This document shows positions 8,818 through 17,680 of a stretch of 64,000 bases of DNA, in pieces; position 1 is the stretch's first letter; each line of letters starts with the position of its first letter. The DNA lies in contig CAVYJZ010000004.1 of the NCBI GenBank assembly GCA_963768985.1, positions 1,164,944 to 1,228,943 of the forward strand. The letters run 5' to 3'. The notes beneath the pieces are model-generated. The model searched no databases and was not told the DNA's origin. It saw nothing but the letters and a program-made list of their open reading frames with translations. The position numbers and the translations under genes are program-made. This DNA is from an uncultured delta proteobacterium (lineage in GTDB: Bacteria > Myxococcota_A > Polyangia > Polyangiales > Houyiibacteriaceae).

Positions 8818-9699
8818 TCAAGAACGAGCGTCGTCGGGCTGGTTGAGGGCGCTGTCCACGAGCCGCTGGCTCACGTCCCAAAGGCGCCGCGCGGCGTCTT
8901 CATCCTGGGCGACCTTGCTCGGTGCGACCTCACGCAGCCGGTCGAAGTATCGCCCGCTCACACCCTCGAGCTCCTTGGCGGTCGCAACGTAAATCGGGCT
9001 TTTGGCACCATCTGCCTCCGACATGATCAGCATTCGAGCGATGGGTGAACGGTGCAACGCGTTGAGGAAGAGGTTGTTGCGCGTGATTCGACTGCGCACG
9101 TTACCAGGGTGCAATGCATTCGACGTGATCCCTAGGCCCTGCCAACGGCGCGCAAGCTCGTTCGAAAAAAGGACGTTGGCGAGCTTGGAGTGCCCGTACA
9201 CCCAGAACCCTCGCCAGCGCCTTTCGAACATCAGGTCGTCCCAGTTGAGCGACTTGGGGCGAGTGTGCATGGAGGAGGACACGTTGACGACGCGGGCGGA
9301 CGTCGATTCGGCCAGTAAGTCCCGGAGCTCGTTGGTGAGCAAGAAGTGGGCGAGATGGTTCACCGCGAACGTGTCCTCGTATCCGTCCTGACTGAGAGAG
9401 CGATCCTTGTGCCAAACGCCGGCGTTGTTCACCAGAACATCGAGGGATTCGAATCGCGACTTGATGTCCTCACCGAGTTGGCGCACCTCCGTAAGCGACG
9501 AAAAATCGGCCTGGAACGTTTCGATGCGACGATTCCCCACTCCGAGTTGCTCCGCTGCCTTGGCGAGACGCTCGGCGTTCCGACCGACGATTCCAACGAC
9601 GTCGAAGTGGGCGGTCAGCCCGCGCGCTGTCTCGAGCCCAATGCCGCTACTGCCACCGGTAACGAGTGCGTAGCGGGTGGCCCGCCTGTCCTCACCCAT
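8818..9699 (-). CDS. Short-chain dehydrogenase/reductase (SDR)
   Basis: 293 aa. TGGSSGIG cofactor motif, NNAG, and catalytic YGHSK (YxxxK). Confidence 0.9.
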   Translation of the reverse strand: MGEDRRATRYALVTGGSSGIGLETARGLTAHFDVVGIVGRNAERLAKAAEQLGVGNRRIETFQADFSSLTEVRQLGEDIKSRFESLDVLVNNAGVWHKDRSLSQDGYEDTFAVNHLAHFLLTNELRDLLAESTSARVVNVSSSMHTRPKSLNWDDLMFERRWRGFWVYGHSKLANVLFSNELARRWQGLGITSNALHPGNVRSRITRNNLFLNALHRSPIARMLIMSEADGAKSPIYVATAKELEGVSGRYFDRLREVAPSKVAQDEDAARRLWDVSQRLVDSALNQPDDARS

Positions 9700-9774
9700 C
9701 CTGGGTTTCTAGCACAGCGTAGGCGATGGAAAGGGCTGGGGACCCGCCCGGAGCCATCCGGAGTGCTTCCCTCC

Positions 9775-9803
9775 TTGACAGGCTCGTAAAACGCGCCTAG
9801 ATC
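9775..9803 (+). promoter_or_regulatory. Candidate sigma-70-type promoter for etfBA
   Basis: TTGACA (9775-9780), a 17-nt spacer, then TAGATC (9798-9803), about 55 nt upstream of the etfB GTG, which is preceded by GAGGAGGA. Confidence 0.4.
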
Positions 9804-9859
9804 GCCTGCGTTTTCCAGCATTTATCAGCCTTACTGGCTCTCCAATCTGAGGAGGAAAC

Positions 9860-10711
9860 GTGAAGATCCTCGTATCCATCAAGCGCGTTGCGGATCCGGA
9901 CAACGCAAGCAAGCTCAAGGTGAGCGGAGACGGCAAGACCGTCACATCGGAAGGTCTCGAGTGGAAGATGAATCCGTTCGACGACTGGAGCCTCGAGGCC
10001 GCACTGCGGCTGACCGAAAACGCCGCGGAGAAGAACGCGCGTGTCGGCGAGGTCGTGCTGGTCTCGATCGGGCCGAACGATGAGCACACCCAGCGAATCA
10101 TCCGCGAGGGTCTCGCAAAAGGCGCTGAACGCGGCATTCTGGTCGAAGCCGACGAAGGAAACCTCGACGCCGGCGTCATCGCGGCAATCCTCAAGGCCAT
10201 CGTAGACAAAGAGAGCCCCGATCTCGTCGTGATGGGCAAGCAGGCGGCCGACGGCGACTCCAACGTCGCAGGGACCGAGCTCGCTGAGAAGCTCGGGTGG
10301 CCAATCATCAACTACGCGATGAGGATCAAAACGGGAGATGATGGCAAGACCCTCGAGGTCCAACGCGAGCTCGATACCGGTGTTGCGACGGTGAAGGTCA
10401 CTGGCCCAGCCGTCCTCACCACCTCCGATCGCATCCTTCATCCAGAATCGGTCAAGAACGGAGTGACCCCCGACGACCACCAGTACGCCAAGCTCGAGGT
10501 CGGCGGCCGCTACGCGTCTCTCAAAGGCATCATGCAGGCCAAGAAGAAGCCCATCGACAAGATGTCGATCGGGGACCTAGGCGTCGACGCGACAAAAACG
10601 CTCAACTACACGAAGTTCCAGCTGCCACCGGCGCGTTCGGGTGAAACGACGTTCGTCGCGGACGTGGCCGAGCTCGTCGACAAGCTCCACAACACCGCCA
10701 AGGTCATCTAA
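9860..10711 (+). CDS. etfB: Electron transfer flavoprotein beta subunit
   Basis: 283 aa, (GTG)KILVSIKRVADPDNASKLKV..., a typical ETF-beta N-terminus, followed by etfA. Confidence 0.93.
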   Translation: MKILVSIKRVADPDNASKLKVSGDGKTVTSEGLEWKMNPFDDWSLEAALRLTENAAEKNARVGEVVLVSIGPNDEHTQRIIREGLAKGAERGILVEADEGNLDAGVIAAILKAIVDKESPDLVVMGKQAADGDSNVAGTELAEKLGWPIINYAMRIKTGDDGKTLEVQRELDTGVATVKVTGPAVLTTSDRILHPESVKNGVTPDDHQYAKLEVGGRYASLKGIMQAKKKPIDKMSIGDLGVDATKTLNYTKFQLPPARSGETTFVADVAELVDKLHNTAKVI

Positions 10712-10741
10712 CCCTCGAGTAACGGAAAGGATACGTCTGAC

Positions 10742-11704
10742 ATGGCTAATGTTCTCGTTGTTGCGGAGTTGCTTGAAGGCAAGGCACGCAAGACCACTCT
10801 TTGCGCTGTGACAGCCGCGAAAAAAATCGCGGAAGGAACCGGCGGTTCGTTCGACATTCTCTCGATTGGAGAGGGCGCAAGCGCGGCAGCTCAAGAGCTG
10901 ACTGGCTACGGTGCCGGGAAGGTGCTCAAAGCGGAGATCGCCGGTGGCTACACTTGCGAGAAATACGCTGCAACCGTTGCGGAAGCTGGAAAGGGCTACG
11001 ACGTTCTGGTCGCGTGCGCGACCGCCTACGGCAAGGACCTGCTCCCGCGTGTCGCGGCCAAGCTCGACGCCGGCGTGGCGTCGGACATCTCGGACGTGCA
11101 CATCGACGGCGGCAAGCTGTCCTACACGCGTCCGATGTATGCGGGCAACGTGTCGGGTACCGTCGAGATGCTTTCTGCCAAGCAGGTAATCACGGTGCGG
11201 CAATCGGAGTTCGCGCCAGCCGAGCCTTCGGGCGGTGCAAGCTCGACGCAAGACATCGCGGTACAGAGTGATCCGGCAGCGGATAAGGTGGAATTCCTCG
11301 GCGTCGAGGTCGTGAAGAGCGAGCGCCCGGATCTGACCGAGGCCGACATCGTCGTCTCTGGCGGTCGCGCGCTCAAGAGCGCTGAGAACTTCACCAACGT
11401 CATCGAGCCGCTGGTAGATGCACTCGGCGCAGCGATGGGTGCATCGCGCGCCGCTTGCGATGCGGGATATGTCTCCCCCGAGCTGCAGGTGGGCCAAACC
11501 GGCAAGGTCGTCGCGCCAAAGCTCTACGTCGCAATCGGGATCTCCGGGGCAATCCAGCACTTGGCTGGCATGAAAGGCAGCAAGACCATCGTTGCGATCA
11601 ACAAGGACAAGGAAGCCCCGATCGCACAGGTCGCCGACTACTTCTTGGTGGCCGATCTCTTCGACGCGGTCCCGGCCCTCACCGACGCCGTGAAGAAGCT
11701 CTAA
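10742..11704 (+). CDS. etfA: Electron transfer flavoprotein alpha subunit
   Basis: 320 aa. C-terminal FAD-binding region VVSGGRAL...[32 protein letters not shown]. Confidence 0.93.
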   Translation: MANVLVVAELLEGKARKTTLCAVTAAKKIAEGTGGSFDILSIGEGASAAAQELTGYGAGKVLKAEIAGGYTCEKYAATVAEAGKGYDVLVACATAYGKDLLPRVAAKLDAGVASDISDVHIDGGKLSYTRPMYAGNVSGTVEMLSAKQVITVRQSEFAPAEPSGGASSTQDIAVQSDPAADKVEFLGVEVVKSERPDLTEADIVVSGGRALKSAENFTNVIEPLVDALGAAMGASRAACDAGYVSPELQVGQTGKVVAPKLYVAIGISGAIQHLAGMKGSKTIVAINKDKEAPIAQVADYFLVADLFDAVPALTDAVKKL

Positions 11705-11735
11705 GCCCCTTCGCACGCCAAATGCGCCTCAAGAC

Positions 11736-11768
11736 GCCCGGGCGGCCCTGCCTCCCGGGCTGTTTTTT
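11736..11768 (+). terminator. Rho-independent terminator after etfA
   Basis: GCCCGGG (11736-42), an 11-nt loop, CCCGGGC (11754-60), followed by TGTTTTTT. Confidence 0.7.
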
Positions 11769-11803
11769 GGCATCCGGCTCTCGCGATCGTTCACAATTGA
11801 GCG

Positions 11804-12316
11804 ATGGCTTGGTCGCTCGCTGTTCTCGTTTTGCTGGTCGCTGGGCTCGCCGTGCTTGCCAAAGGCCGACGTCTTTGGGAATTGCTGACCACCAAGCCTT
11901 CGTCCTCGCGGGGCCCCCGGGCACAACGCGGCTTGCCATCTGTGCTGCCTGGATCGCCCAGCATCGAGCCTCAAACCGCCTCAGTGAAGAGTTGCCCGGT
12001 GTGTCTGTCGGAGTATGCAACCCGGCATCGTTTCTGCGTTCGCGACGGTGTCGAGCTGACGGAGGGCCGGACACCCGGACCCTTCGCCCAGGGGATGATC
12101 TGTCCCACCTGCCGCCGCGGCTACCCTTCGGACGCGGGCTTTTGCCCCGAAGATGCGGATGAATTGGTCCCGTATGGCCTCTACGGAGCGGCAAGCGCGA
12201 CCCGCCCACCCCTGCGGTTGGATGCCAACAAGATCTGCCCAGAATGTGGGATTCGTCACGCTGCCGCCCACCTGTTCTGCGGTCACGACGGCACCCAGCT
12301 GGTCGTCGTAAACTGA
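11804..12316 (+). CDS. N-terminally membrane-anchored protein with three tandem zinc-ribbon modules
   Basis: 170 aa. TM anchor MAWSLAVLVLLVAGLAVLAKGRR, then three copies of CPxC-x9-10-FC-xxDG-xxL: CPVCLSEYATRHRFCVRDGVEL, CPTCRRGYPSDAGFCPEDADEL and CPECGIRHAAAHLFCGHDGTQL. Confidence 0.75.
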   Translation: MAWSLAVLVLLVAGLAVLAKGRRLWELLTTKPSSSRGPRAQRGLPSVLPGSPSIEPQTASVKSCPVCLSEYATRHRFCVRDGVELTEGRTPGPFAQGMICPTCRRGYPSDAGFCPEDADELVPYGLYGAASATRPPLRLDANKICPECGIRHAAAHLFCGHDGTQLVVVN

Positions 12317-12479
12317 AGACCCAAGGATCCAGGGGCCCCAGGGTCCAAGGACGCGGGCAGGACCTTCGTGGAGTTCTTGCTCCGTATGGGACCGGACCGC
12401 TATGATCGCGGTCATAAAGGGGAATCTTCGATCCGGCGTAGGTAGACTTGTCTTGGGCCGGGCTAGACGGGGGCAATAG

Positions 12480-14168
12480 ATGAAGATCGTTTGCGATAGC
12501 TGCGGCGCCAAGTACTCCATCGCCGACGAAAAGGTCGCCGGAAAAATTTTCAAGATCCGGTGCAAGAAGTGCTCATCGGTGCTGGAGGTTCGCGGCGATC
12601 AACCCGGTGGACACCCCTTCGATGACACGAGCTCGCTTCAGGACCGGGGTAGCGCTGCGGCTTGGTACATCGTGGTCGATGGAGAGCAGAAGGGGCCCCT
12701 CCCCCCAATCGAGTTGAGCCAGTTGTTTGCGAAGGGCAGCGTGGGTCTCGATTCGTACGTTTGGAAGGAAGGCTTCGACGATTGGAAGGTCGCCGCAGAC
12801 GTAGCTGAGCTCAAAGAGATCTTCGGTGGCGCGGCCGCACAGGCGAAGCGTGCACCGGCCACGATCGACGACACCTCATCGTTCGGCACCGGTGGCGATC
12901 TCTTTGGTGACGGTGGCGGTCGCGAACCGACGAGCGAAATCGACACGAGCAGCAACATGTTTGCAGGGTTCGACGAGAACCCGACCCCGACGGCGTCCAA
13001 GGATTCGCCGTTGGCTGCCGCCTCGCAGGACTCGGGCGGATTGGGCTTTGGTGGAGGCGCGATCGGCGCATCCGCACCACAGCGCATGACCGGTCAGCGA
13101 AATGAGAACTCGGTGCTCTTCTCGCTGACCAATCTACAACAGCTCGCGTCGCGTGGGGGCGCACCCGCCGGGTCCGCCCCGGTCGCCAGCACACCGCAGG
13201 GGTCTTCGGGCACCCGAAGCACTGCGCAGTCAGCGGGCGAAGGATCGGGGCTCATCGACATTCGTGCGCTCGCCAAGTCCACGACCCCCGGCACCAAACC
13301 CGCGCCCTCGCAGGCGGTAGATGACTTGCTCTCGATCGGAACCGGCGGCGGCGCGCTCGGTGCGCCGTTGCTCGGACCCTCACCCTTGGACACCGCAGAC
13401 GGCAACCGCTGGCTGTGGATCGGCGGAGCTGCCGTGGCGGTGATCGCCATCGTGGGAGCAGGGATCGGAGTCGGTATGGCGCTCGGAGGGCCCGACGACG
13501 ACGCGCTCGAGATCGGGGCAGCAGTCGAGCAGGCGCCGAGCCGGCCCGTACCCGGGTCCAATGAAGTCGCGGAGGCCGCGCAGGCACCGATCGACCCGCC
13601 GGAGAAGGCGCTCGCTCTGCCAGAACCGGCAGTCGAAGCAGCAACGATCGAGGAGCCCGAAGAGGCCGAACCCGCGATTGAGAAACCCGACCAGCCAGAA
13701 ACGAGGCAGCGGAGCGCATCGAGCCGGGAACGTCGCGAGCGGCCCACCAAGCGCGCCGCGCATACTCGGCCGCCAGCGCCAGAACCGAAAAAGCGTAGCG
13801 GCAACAACCTCGATGCGCTCATGGACGAAGTCGTCGGTGGCTCGTCTGCCACAAAATCGAAACCGAGCACGACCTCGTCGCGCGCGACCAACTCCAGCCT
13901 TCCCGACTCGCCCTCACGGGATGACGTGAAGACCGCGCTTCAGGGTGTGAGCGGCGCCGTGAAGGCCTGCAAGCAAGACGCGGGTGGAACGGCAACCGTC
14001 GACGTCACGTTCAGTGGCAAGACCGGCCGCGCGAGCGGCGCGAAGGTCACTTCCAGCCCGTTCAAGGGAACCCCGGTCGGCTCCTGCATCGAATCAGCCG
14101 TCAAGCGCGCGCGCGTTCCGCGCTTCAATCAGTCCGCCTTCAAGGTGACTTTCCCGTATAGGCTCTAA
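12480..14168 (+). CDS. ZnR-GYF-TM-TonB_C-like protein (GltJ/AgmX-like architecture)
   Basis: 562 aa. MJ0042-type zinc ribbon MKIVCDSCGAKYSIADEKVAGKIFKIRCKKCSSVLEV, then a GYF_2-like WYIVVDGEQKGPLPPIELSQLFAKGSVGLDSYVWKEGFDDWKVAADVAEL. A long Ser/Gly/Pro-rich linker and one TM helix (WLWIGGAAVAVIAIVGAGIGVGMALGG) follow. The C-terminal approx. 80-aa domain (VKTALQGVSGAVKACK...FKVTFPYRL) resembles AgmX/PglI-type TonB_C-like domains. Confidence 0.8.
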   Translation: MKIVCDSCGAKYSIADEKVAGKIFKIRCKKCSSVLEVRGDQPGGHPFDDTSSLQDRGSAAAWYIVVDGEQKGPLPPIELSQLFAKGSVGLDSYVWKEGFDDWKVAADVAELKEIFGGAAAQAKRAPATIDDTSSFGTGGDLFGDGGGREPTSEIDTSSNMFAGFDENPTPTASKDSPLAAASQDSGGLGFGGGAIGASAPQRMTGQRNENSVLFSLTNLQQLASRGGAPAGSAPVASTPQGSSGTRSTAQSAGEGSGLIDIRALAKSTTPGTKPAPSQAVDDLLSIGTGGGALGAPLLGPSPLDTADGNRWLWIGGAAVAVIAIVGAGIGVGMALGGPDDDALEIGAAVEQAPSRPVPGSNEVAEAAQAPIDPPEKALALPEPAVEAATIEEPEEAEPAIEKPDQPETRQRSASSRERRERPTKRAAHTRPPAPEPKKRSGNNLDALMDEVVGGSSATKSKPSTTSSRATNSSLPDSPSRDDVKTALQGVSGAVKACKQDAGGTATVDVTFSGKTGRASGAKVTSSPFKGTPVGSCIESAVKRARVPRFNQSAFKVTFPYRL

Positions 14169-15631
14169 AGGCTTTCCAGGAAGCGCACACCGGTCGCGAC
14201 ACCGAACCCAGTTCCGCCTTTGGGCAAGCGCCCTTGCGCACGCTCCAGGAATGCCGGCCCGGCGATGTCGAGGTGCATCCAGGTCGTTTCCTCCACGAAC
14301 TCTTTCAAGAAGAGCGCCGCGGTGATCGAACCTCCGAAGCGGCCGCCGATGTGCTTGAGGTCCGCGACGGCGCTCTTCAGTGTAGAGCGTAGATCGGAGT
14401 CGAGCGGCATCCGCCAGAATGACTCACCCTCCCCATCTGCTGCTGCGAGGTACTTCGAAGCGAGCTGGTCGTCGTTCGTATAGAGCGCGGCGCGCCACGG
14501 ACCGAGGGCGACCATGCATGCGCCCGTGAGGGTGGCGTGATCGATCATGTAGTCGGGCTTGAGCTTGCGTGCCGCCCAAGTCAGCACGTCCGCAAGCACT
14601 AACCGACCTTCGGCGTCGGTATTGACGACCTCTACGGTCTGTCCGCCCAGTGCCTTGTACACGTCGCCGGGCCGGTAAGCCTTCGCACCCGTCATGTTCT
14701 CCGTGGAGCCCACAACCGCATGAACTTCGACAGGGAGCTCGAGCCGGGCCGCCGCAAACACGATGCCGAGCGTGGAGGCGGCCCCCGCCATGTCGCACTT
14801 CATGTCGACCATCGAGGCTGCCGGCTTGATGCACAAACCGCCCGCGTCAAATGTGAGGCCTTTGCCGATGAAAGCGACCTTCTTTTTCGGTCGTGCGGGC
14901 TTGTACACCACGTGAATGACCCGGGGCTCGATCGCGCTGCCCTTGTTCACCGCGAGCAACAGGTTCATGCCCTCTTTTTCGATTCGCGCCTTGTTCCATA
15001 TGCGACAAGACAATCCGAGCTTTCGTGCCTCCGTCGAAGCCGCTCGCGCCAGACTCACTGGGGTGAGATCATTGGGTGGCCGGTTGACGAGATCACGGGC
15101 GAAGTTGACGCTTTCGGCGACCACTTTGCCCGATCGAATCGCGGCGCCAAGCTCGCGGGTGCTTTCTCGGGCGCCCAGAATGACGGCAGAGCCGAGTGTC
15201 GTATCCTCGGTCTTGTCAGTCTTGTACTCGTTGTAGCGGTATGCCCCGGCGACGAGCCCATGTGACACCGCGCGGACTGAGTCCGGCGTGACTTCAGGAA
15301 GCTCGACCGCCGCGCTCTTCTGCGCGCGGGCCGTAGACGCCAGCGCATGCCCCATCTTCCATGCGATTTTCTGAGCATCTTTCTCTTCGCCGACACCGAT
15401 GAGCAACAGCCAACGGGCTTTCGCCCCGCCGCCAGCGCTGACTTTGAGCGTCTGCGACGCCTTCCCTTCGAAGCGTTCATCCGAAGCCAGAGGCTTGATG
15501 CTGCCTTTGCCCGTGACCGCCTCGATTCTGCCTAGTGCTCGCCCGAGTGCCGTCTTCCCCGAAGGGATGGCGATCGCGACGATGTCTGCACTCGCCTTGT
15601 CCCAAGTGCCCCCAGAAAGTGAAATCTTCAT
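14165..15631 (-). CDS. pepA: Leucyl aminopeptidase (M17 family)
   Basis: ORF 14165..15745 carries the M17 signature NTDAEGRLVLADVLTWA and GKGLTFDAGG. Start moved to ATG 15631 (MKISLSGGTW), which is preceded by GAAGGAG. Confidence 0.92.
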   Translation of the reverse strand: MKISLSGGTWDKASADIVAIAIPSGKTALGRALGRIEAVTGKGSIKPLASDERFEGKASQTLKVSAGGGAKARWLLLIGVGEEKDAQKIAWKMGHALASTARAQKSAAVELPEVTPDSVRAVSHGLVAGAYRYNEYKTDKTEDTTLGSAVILGARESTRELGAAIRSGKVVAESVNFARDLVNRPPNDLTPVSLARAASTEARKLGLSCRIWNKARIEKEGMNLLLAVNKGSAIEPRVIHVVYKPARPKKKVAFIGKGLTFDAGGLCIKPAASMVDMKCDMAGAASTLGIVFAAARLELPVEVHAVVGSTENMTGAKAYRPGDVYKALGGQTVEVVNTDAEGRLVLADVLTWAARKLKPDYMIDHATLTGACMVALGPWRAALYTNDDQLASKYLAAADGEGESFWRMPLDSDLRSTLKSAVADLKHIGGRFGGSITAALFLKEFVEETTWMHLDIAGPAFLERAQGRLPKGGTGFGVATGVRFLESL

Positions 15632-15785
15632 CTGACTCCTTCTCAGTTGATCGGCGGGATAGTGACAGCAAGTCGCACCGCCAACAAACGAAAGCGACGA
15701 GCAAAGCGGATGGCGGCCGCCGTCGCCCAGCGCTGCGGTCGCCAATCCGCACTCCGTAGCTACCGAGGATCATTAGGCCGCACCT

Positions 15786-15801
15786 TGGCACCAGGCGTGC
15801 A
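15786..15801 (+). promoter_or_regulatory. Candidate sigma-54 (-24/-12) promoter
   Basis: TGGCAC-CAGGC-GTGCA has a single mismatch to TGGCAC-N5-TTGCA, with exact GG/GC spacing. It lies 35 nt upstream of the ATG at 15836 (RBS GGAGGA). Confidence 0.5.
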
Positions 15802-15835
15802 TTGAAGTCGAAGCACATTCCAACCTGGAGGACAG

Positions 15836-16051
15836 ATGCTCGAAGAAAACAAAGTGAAGATCGCGTACACCATCGTGGAGCGAAACAAGGACGGCCGAAA
15901 ATTCTGGGTTCGCGTCGGCGCCGCGTTCGTCAACCGCGACGGAAGCCTCAGCGTTCGCCTCGACGCCATGCCCGTCAATGGAGAGCTGCAGATCAGGGAC
16001 TACCAGCCAAGAGAGGCCCGCGAGGCTGGCGCCCGCGAACAGGCAGCCTGA
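15836..16051 (+). CDS. Small hypothetical protein (71 aa)
   Basis: MLEENKVKIAYTIVERNKDGRKFWVRVGAAFVNRDGSLSVRLDAMPVNGELQIRDYQ.... Good GC3 bias and a strong RBS. Its TGA overlaps the ATG of the next gene (TGATG). Confidence 0.6.
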   Translation: MLEENKVKIAYTIVERNKDGRKFWVRVGAAFVNRDGSLSVRLDAMPVNGELQIRDYQPREAREAGAREQAA

Positions 16052-16359
16052 TGACGCGGGTGCTCATCTTCATGCTCGCGCTGTGTGCGCTTCACCCAGG
16101 GAGAGCGGGGGCCGTGGGCACGGGCGTGGGCCCCGAAGACCAGGGGCCGCCAAGCGTCGAACAAGATCGCCGCGTCAACATCAACGAGGCCGGTCCCGAG
16201 GAGCTCACCCAGCTCCCGGGCATCGGTCCGAGCCGTGCCCAGGCCATCATCGTCGAACGCAAAAAGCGACGGTTTCGTCGCGTCGAAGACATCCTTCGAG
16301 TTCCTGGCATCGGACGCAAGACATTCGGTCGCATCCGGCATTCGATCCGAGTGAAATAG
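16051..16359 (+). CDS. ComEA-like helix-hairpin-helix DNA-binding protein, secreted
   Basis: C-terminal part of ORF 15802..16359, starting at ATG 16051. Signal peptide MTRVLIFMLALCALHPGRAGA, then VNINEAGPEELTQLPGIGPSRAQAIIVERKKRRFRRVEDILRVPGIGRKTFGRI (tandem HhH, ComEA type). Confidence 0.8.
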   Translation: MTRVLIFMLALCALHPGRAGAVGTGVGPEDQGPPSVEQDRRVNINEAGPEELTQLPGIGPSRAQAIIVERKKRRFRRVEDILRVPGIGRKTFGRIRHSIRVK

Positions 16360-16399
16360 AGGCTACCGGCGCCACGCCGAAGCGCCTAGTGTCAGCATC

Positions 16400-16888
16400 A
16401 TGATTCCGACCGTCCAAGTGCGCGAGGCGCGAGAATCCGACCACGAGGTGCTGATGGGCTTCCACCGAAGTCTCTACGAAGATCACCGGGACCAGGTGGT
16501 GGGAAAAGAGGACCTGCCCCTCATCGAGTATAGAGACTACGATCGCATCCTAAGCGACGATTTGCGCGCGCTCCTGCGCGACCGAATCAGTCATGTCTTA
16601 GTCGCCGAATCGGGTGGTACGGCGGTTGGGTACATCACCGGGCGAGTGACGGTTGAACCGAGGCGCGTACTGCCGCGCAGAGGCGTCGTGGAAGATTGGT
16701 ATGTCGCCCCGGCCTCGCGAGGTGCGGGGCTCGGCGCGTTGTTGCTGCGAGAGCTCGAAGGGCATTTCAGGGCCGCCGGGTGCGATCTGATCGAATCCGC
16801 GACGTGGTCCGGTAACGAAGGCGCACGGCGCGCACACGATGCACTCGGATTTCGAGAGATCCGGGTCATATACCGGAAACGCATCTAG
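16400..16888 (+). CDS. GNAT family N-acetyltransferase
   Basis: 162 aa. Acetyl-CoA binding motif VAPASRGAGLGALLLRELE (Q/RxxGxG/A). Confidence 0.85.
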   Translation: MIPTVQVREARESDHEVLMGFHRSLYEDHRDQVVGKEDLPLIEYRDYDRILSDDLRALLRDRISHVLVAESGGTAVGYITGRVTVEPRRVLPRRGVVEDWYVAPASRGAGLGALLLRELEGHFRAAGCDLIESATWSGNEGARRAHDALGFREIRVIYRKRI

Positions 16889-17095
16889 CCCCATAGACAC
16901 CATCGACCCCGAGGATCGCCCAAAAAGCCCGGATCTCGAGTCCCCTATCTCCAACCTCCGGCGAAACGTGCAAGCCCGGACATAGGTGACCTTTCGATCC
17001 GAAGAACTGGATCTGAAACCCGCAACTCGAGATTCCGGACTTGGGATCCCGGGCTCGCGCCAGACGGGACGGCGGAGGCTGAGCTTGGTGGATGG

Positions 17096-17680
17096 TCAGT
17101 GGACGGCGGCCCGTAGGGGCAAGGCGTCGACGATCTCCGCCTCGGCCTCCAGCAATGCGTCCAAGCGTTTCTCCACGCGCTCTACGGGAAAATACTCGCG
17201 CGCCAAACGGATGAACAACCCATGATGCCTCGCCTCGGAACGCGCGATATCGGTGTAGAAATCCTTGAGCGGCCCGGGCTCGAGGCCGTCCGCGACGAGA
17301 CCAAAACGCTCGCATCCGCGCGCCTCGACGACGCCCAGCACCAGGAGTCGATCGAGGAAATATTGCTCCGGCCCTCGCTTGATGAGCTGCATCAACGCGC
17401 CGACATAAGGATCTTTCTCGTCGGCCTCGGTCGACAAGCCGCGATCGAGGATGATCTGCATCACCCGGGCGTAGTGATCGAGCTCCTCCTGCGCGAATGG
17501 AATCAGCGCACGCACCAGAGCGGTACGATCCGAGTAATGGGATACCAACTTCAAGGCTGTAGCCGATGCCTTTCGTTCGCAGGCCGCGTGATCGATGAGA
17601 AATGCATCGAAGTGGCTCAGTACGACGTCGATCCAGCACGGGTCGGTTGCGGTGCGCAGACGAAGCATCCGATCCTTCAA
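17096..17680 (-). CDS. miaE: tRNA-(ms2io6A)-hydroxylase MiaE
   Basis: 194 aa. Di-iron ExxH motifs (QEELDHY, SEARHHGLF) and a MiaE-like N-terminus LRTATDPCWIDVVLSHFDAFLIDHAACERKA. ATGA overlap with hisG. Confidence 0.85.
   Translation of the reverse strand: MKDRMLRLRTATDPCWIDVVLSHFDAFLIDHAACERKASATALKLVSHYSDRTALVRALIPFAQEELDHYARVMQIILDRGLSTEADEKDPYVGALMQLIKRGPEQYFLDRLLVLGVVEARGCERFGLVADGLEPGPLKDFYTDIARSEARHHGLFIRLAREYFPVERVEKRLDALLEAEAEIVDALPLRAAVH

Noticed and set aside
15667-15684. Minus-strand TTGGCGG-TGCGAC-TTGCT upstream of pepA as a sigma-54 promoter.
   Set aside because: The spacing is again one nucleotide too long, and the -24 element is GGCGG rather than GGCAC. Not convincing.
15802-16050. 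The 5' part of the 185-aa ORF 15802..16359, as an N-terminal extension of the ComEA-like protein.
   Set aside because: The extension is Arg-rich with poor composition and overlaps the better-supported 71-aa ORF in another frame. The signal peptide begins at the internal ATG 16051.
16929-17038. Inverted repeat CCGGATCTCGAG ... CTCGAGATTCCGG, with an inner GATCC-N8-GGATC hairpin, in the 207-nt convergent gap between the GNAT gene and miaE. Considered as a MITE or a structured sRNA.
   Set aside because: It is a single copy in the window with no flanking direct repeats, imperfect arms and an approx. 85-nt loop. It is more simply a bidirectional terminator region. It cannot be evaluated further without folding or expression data.
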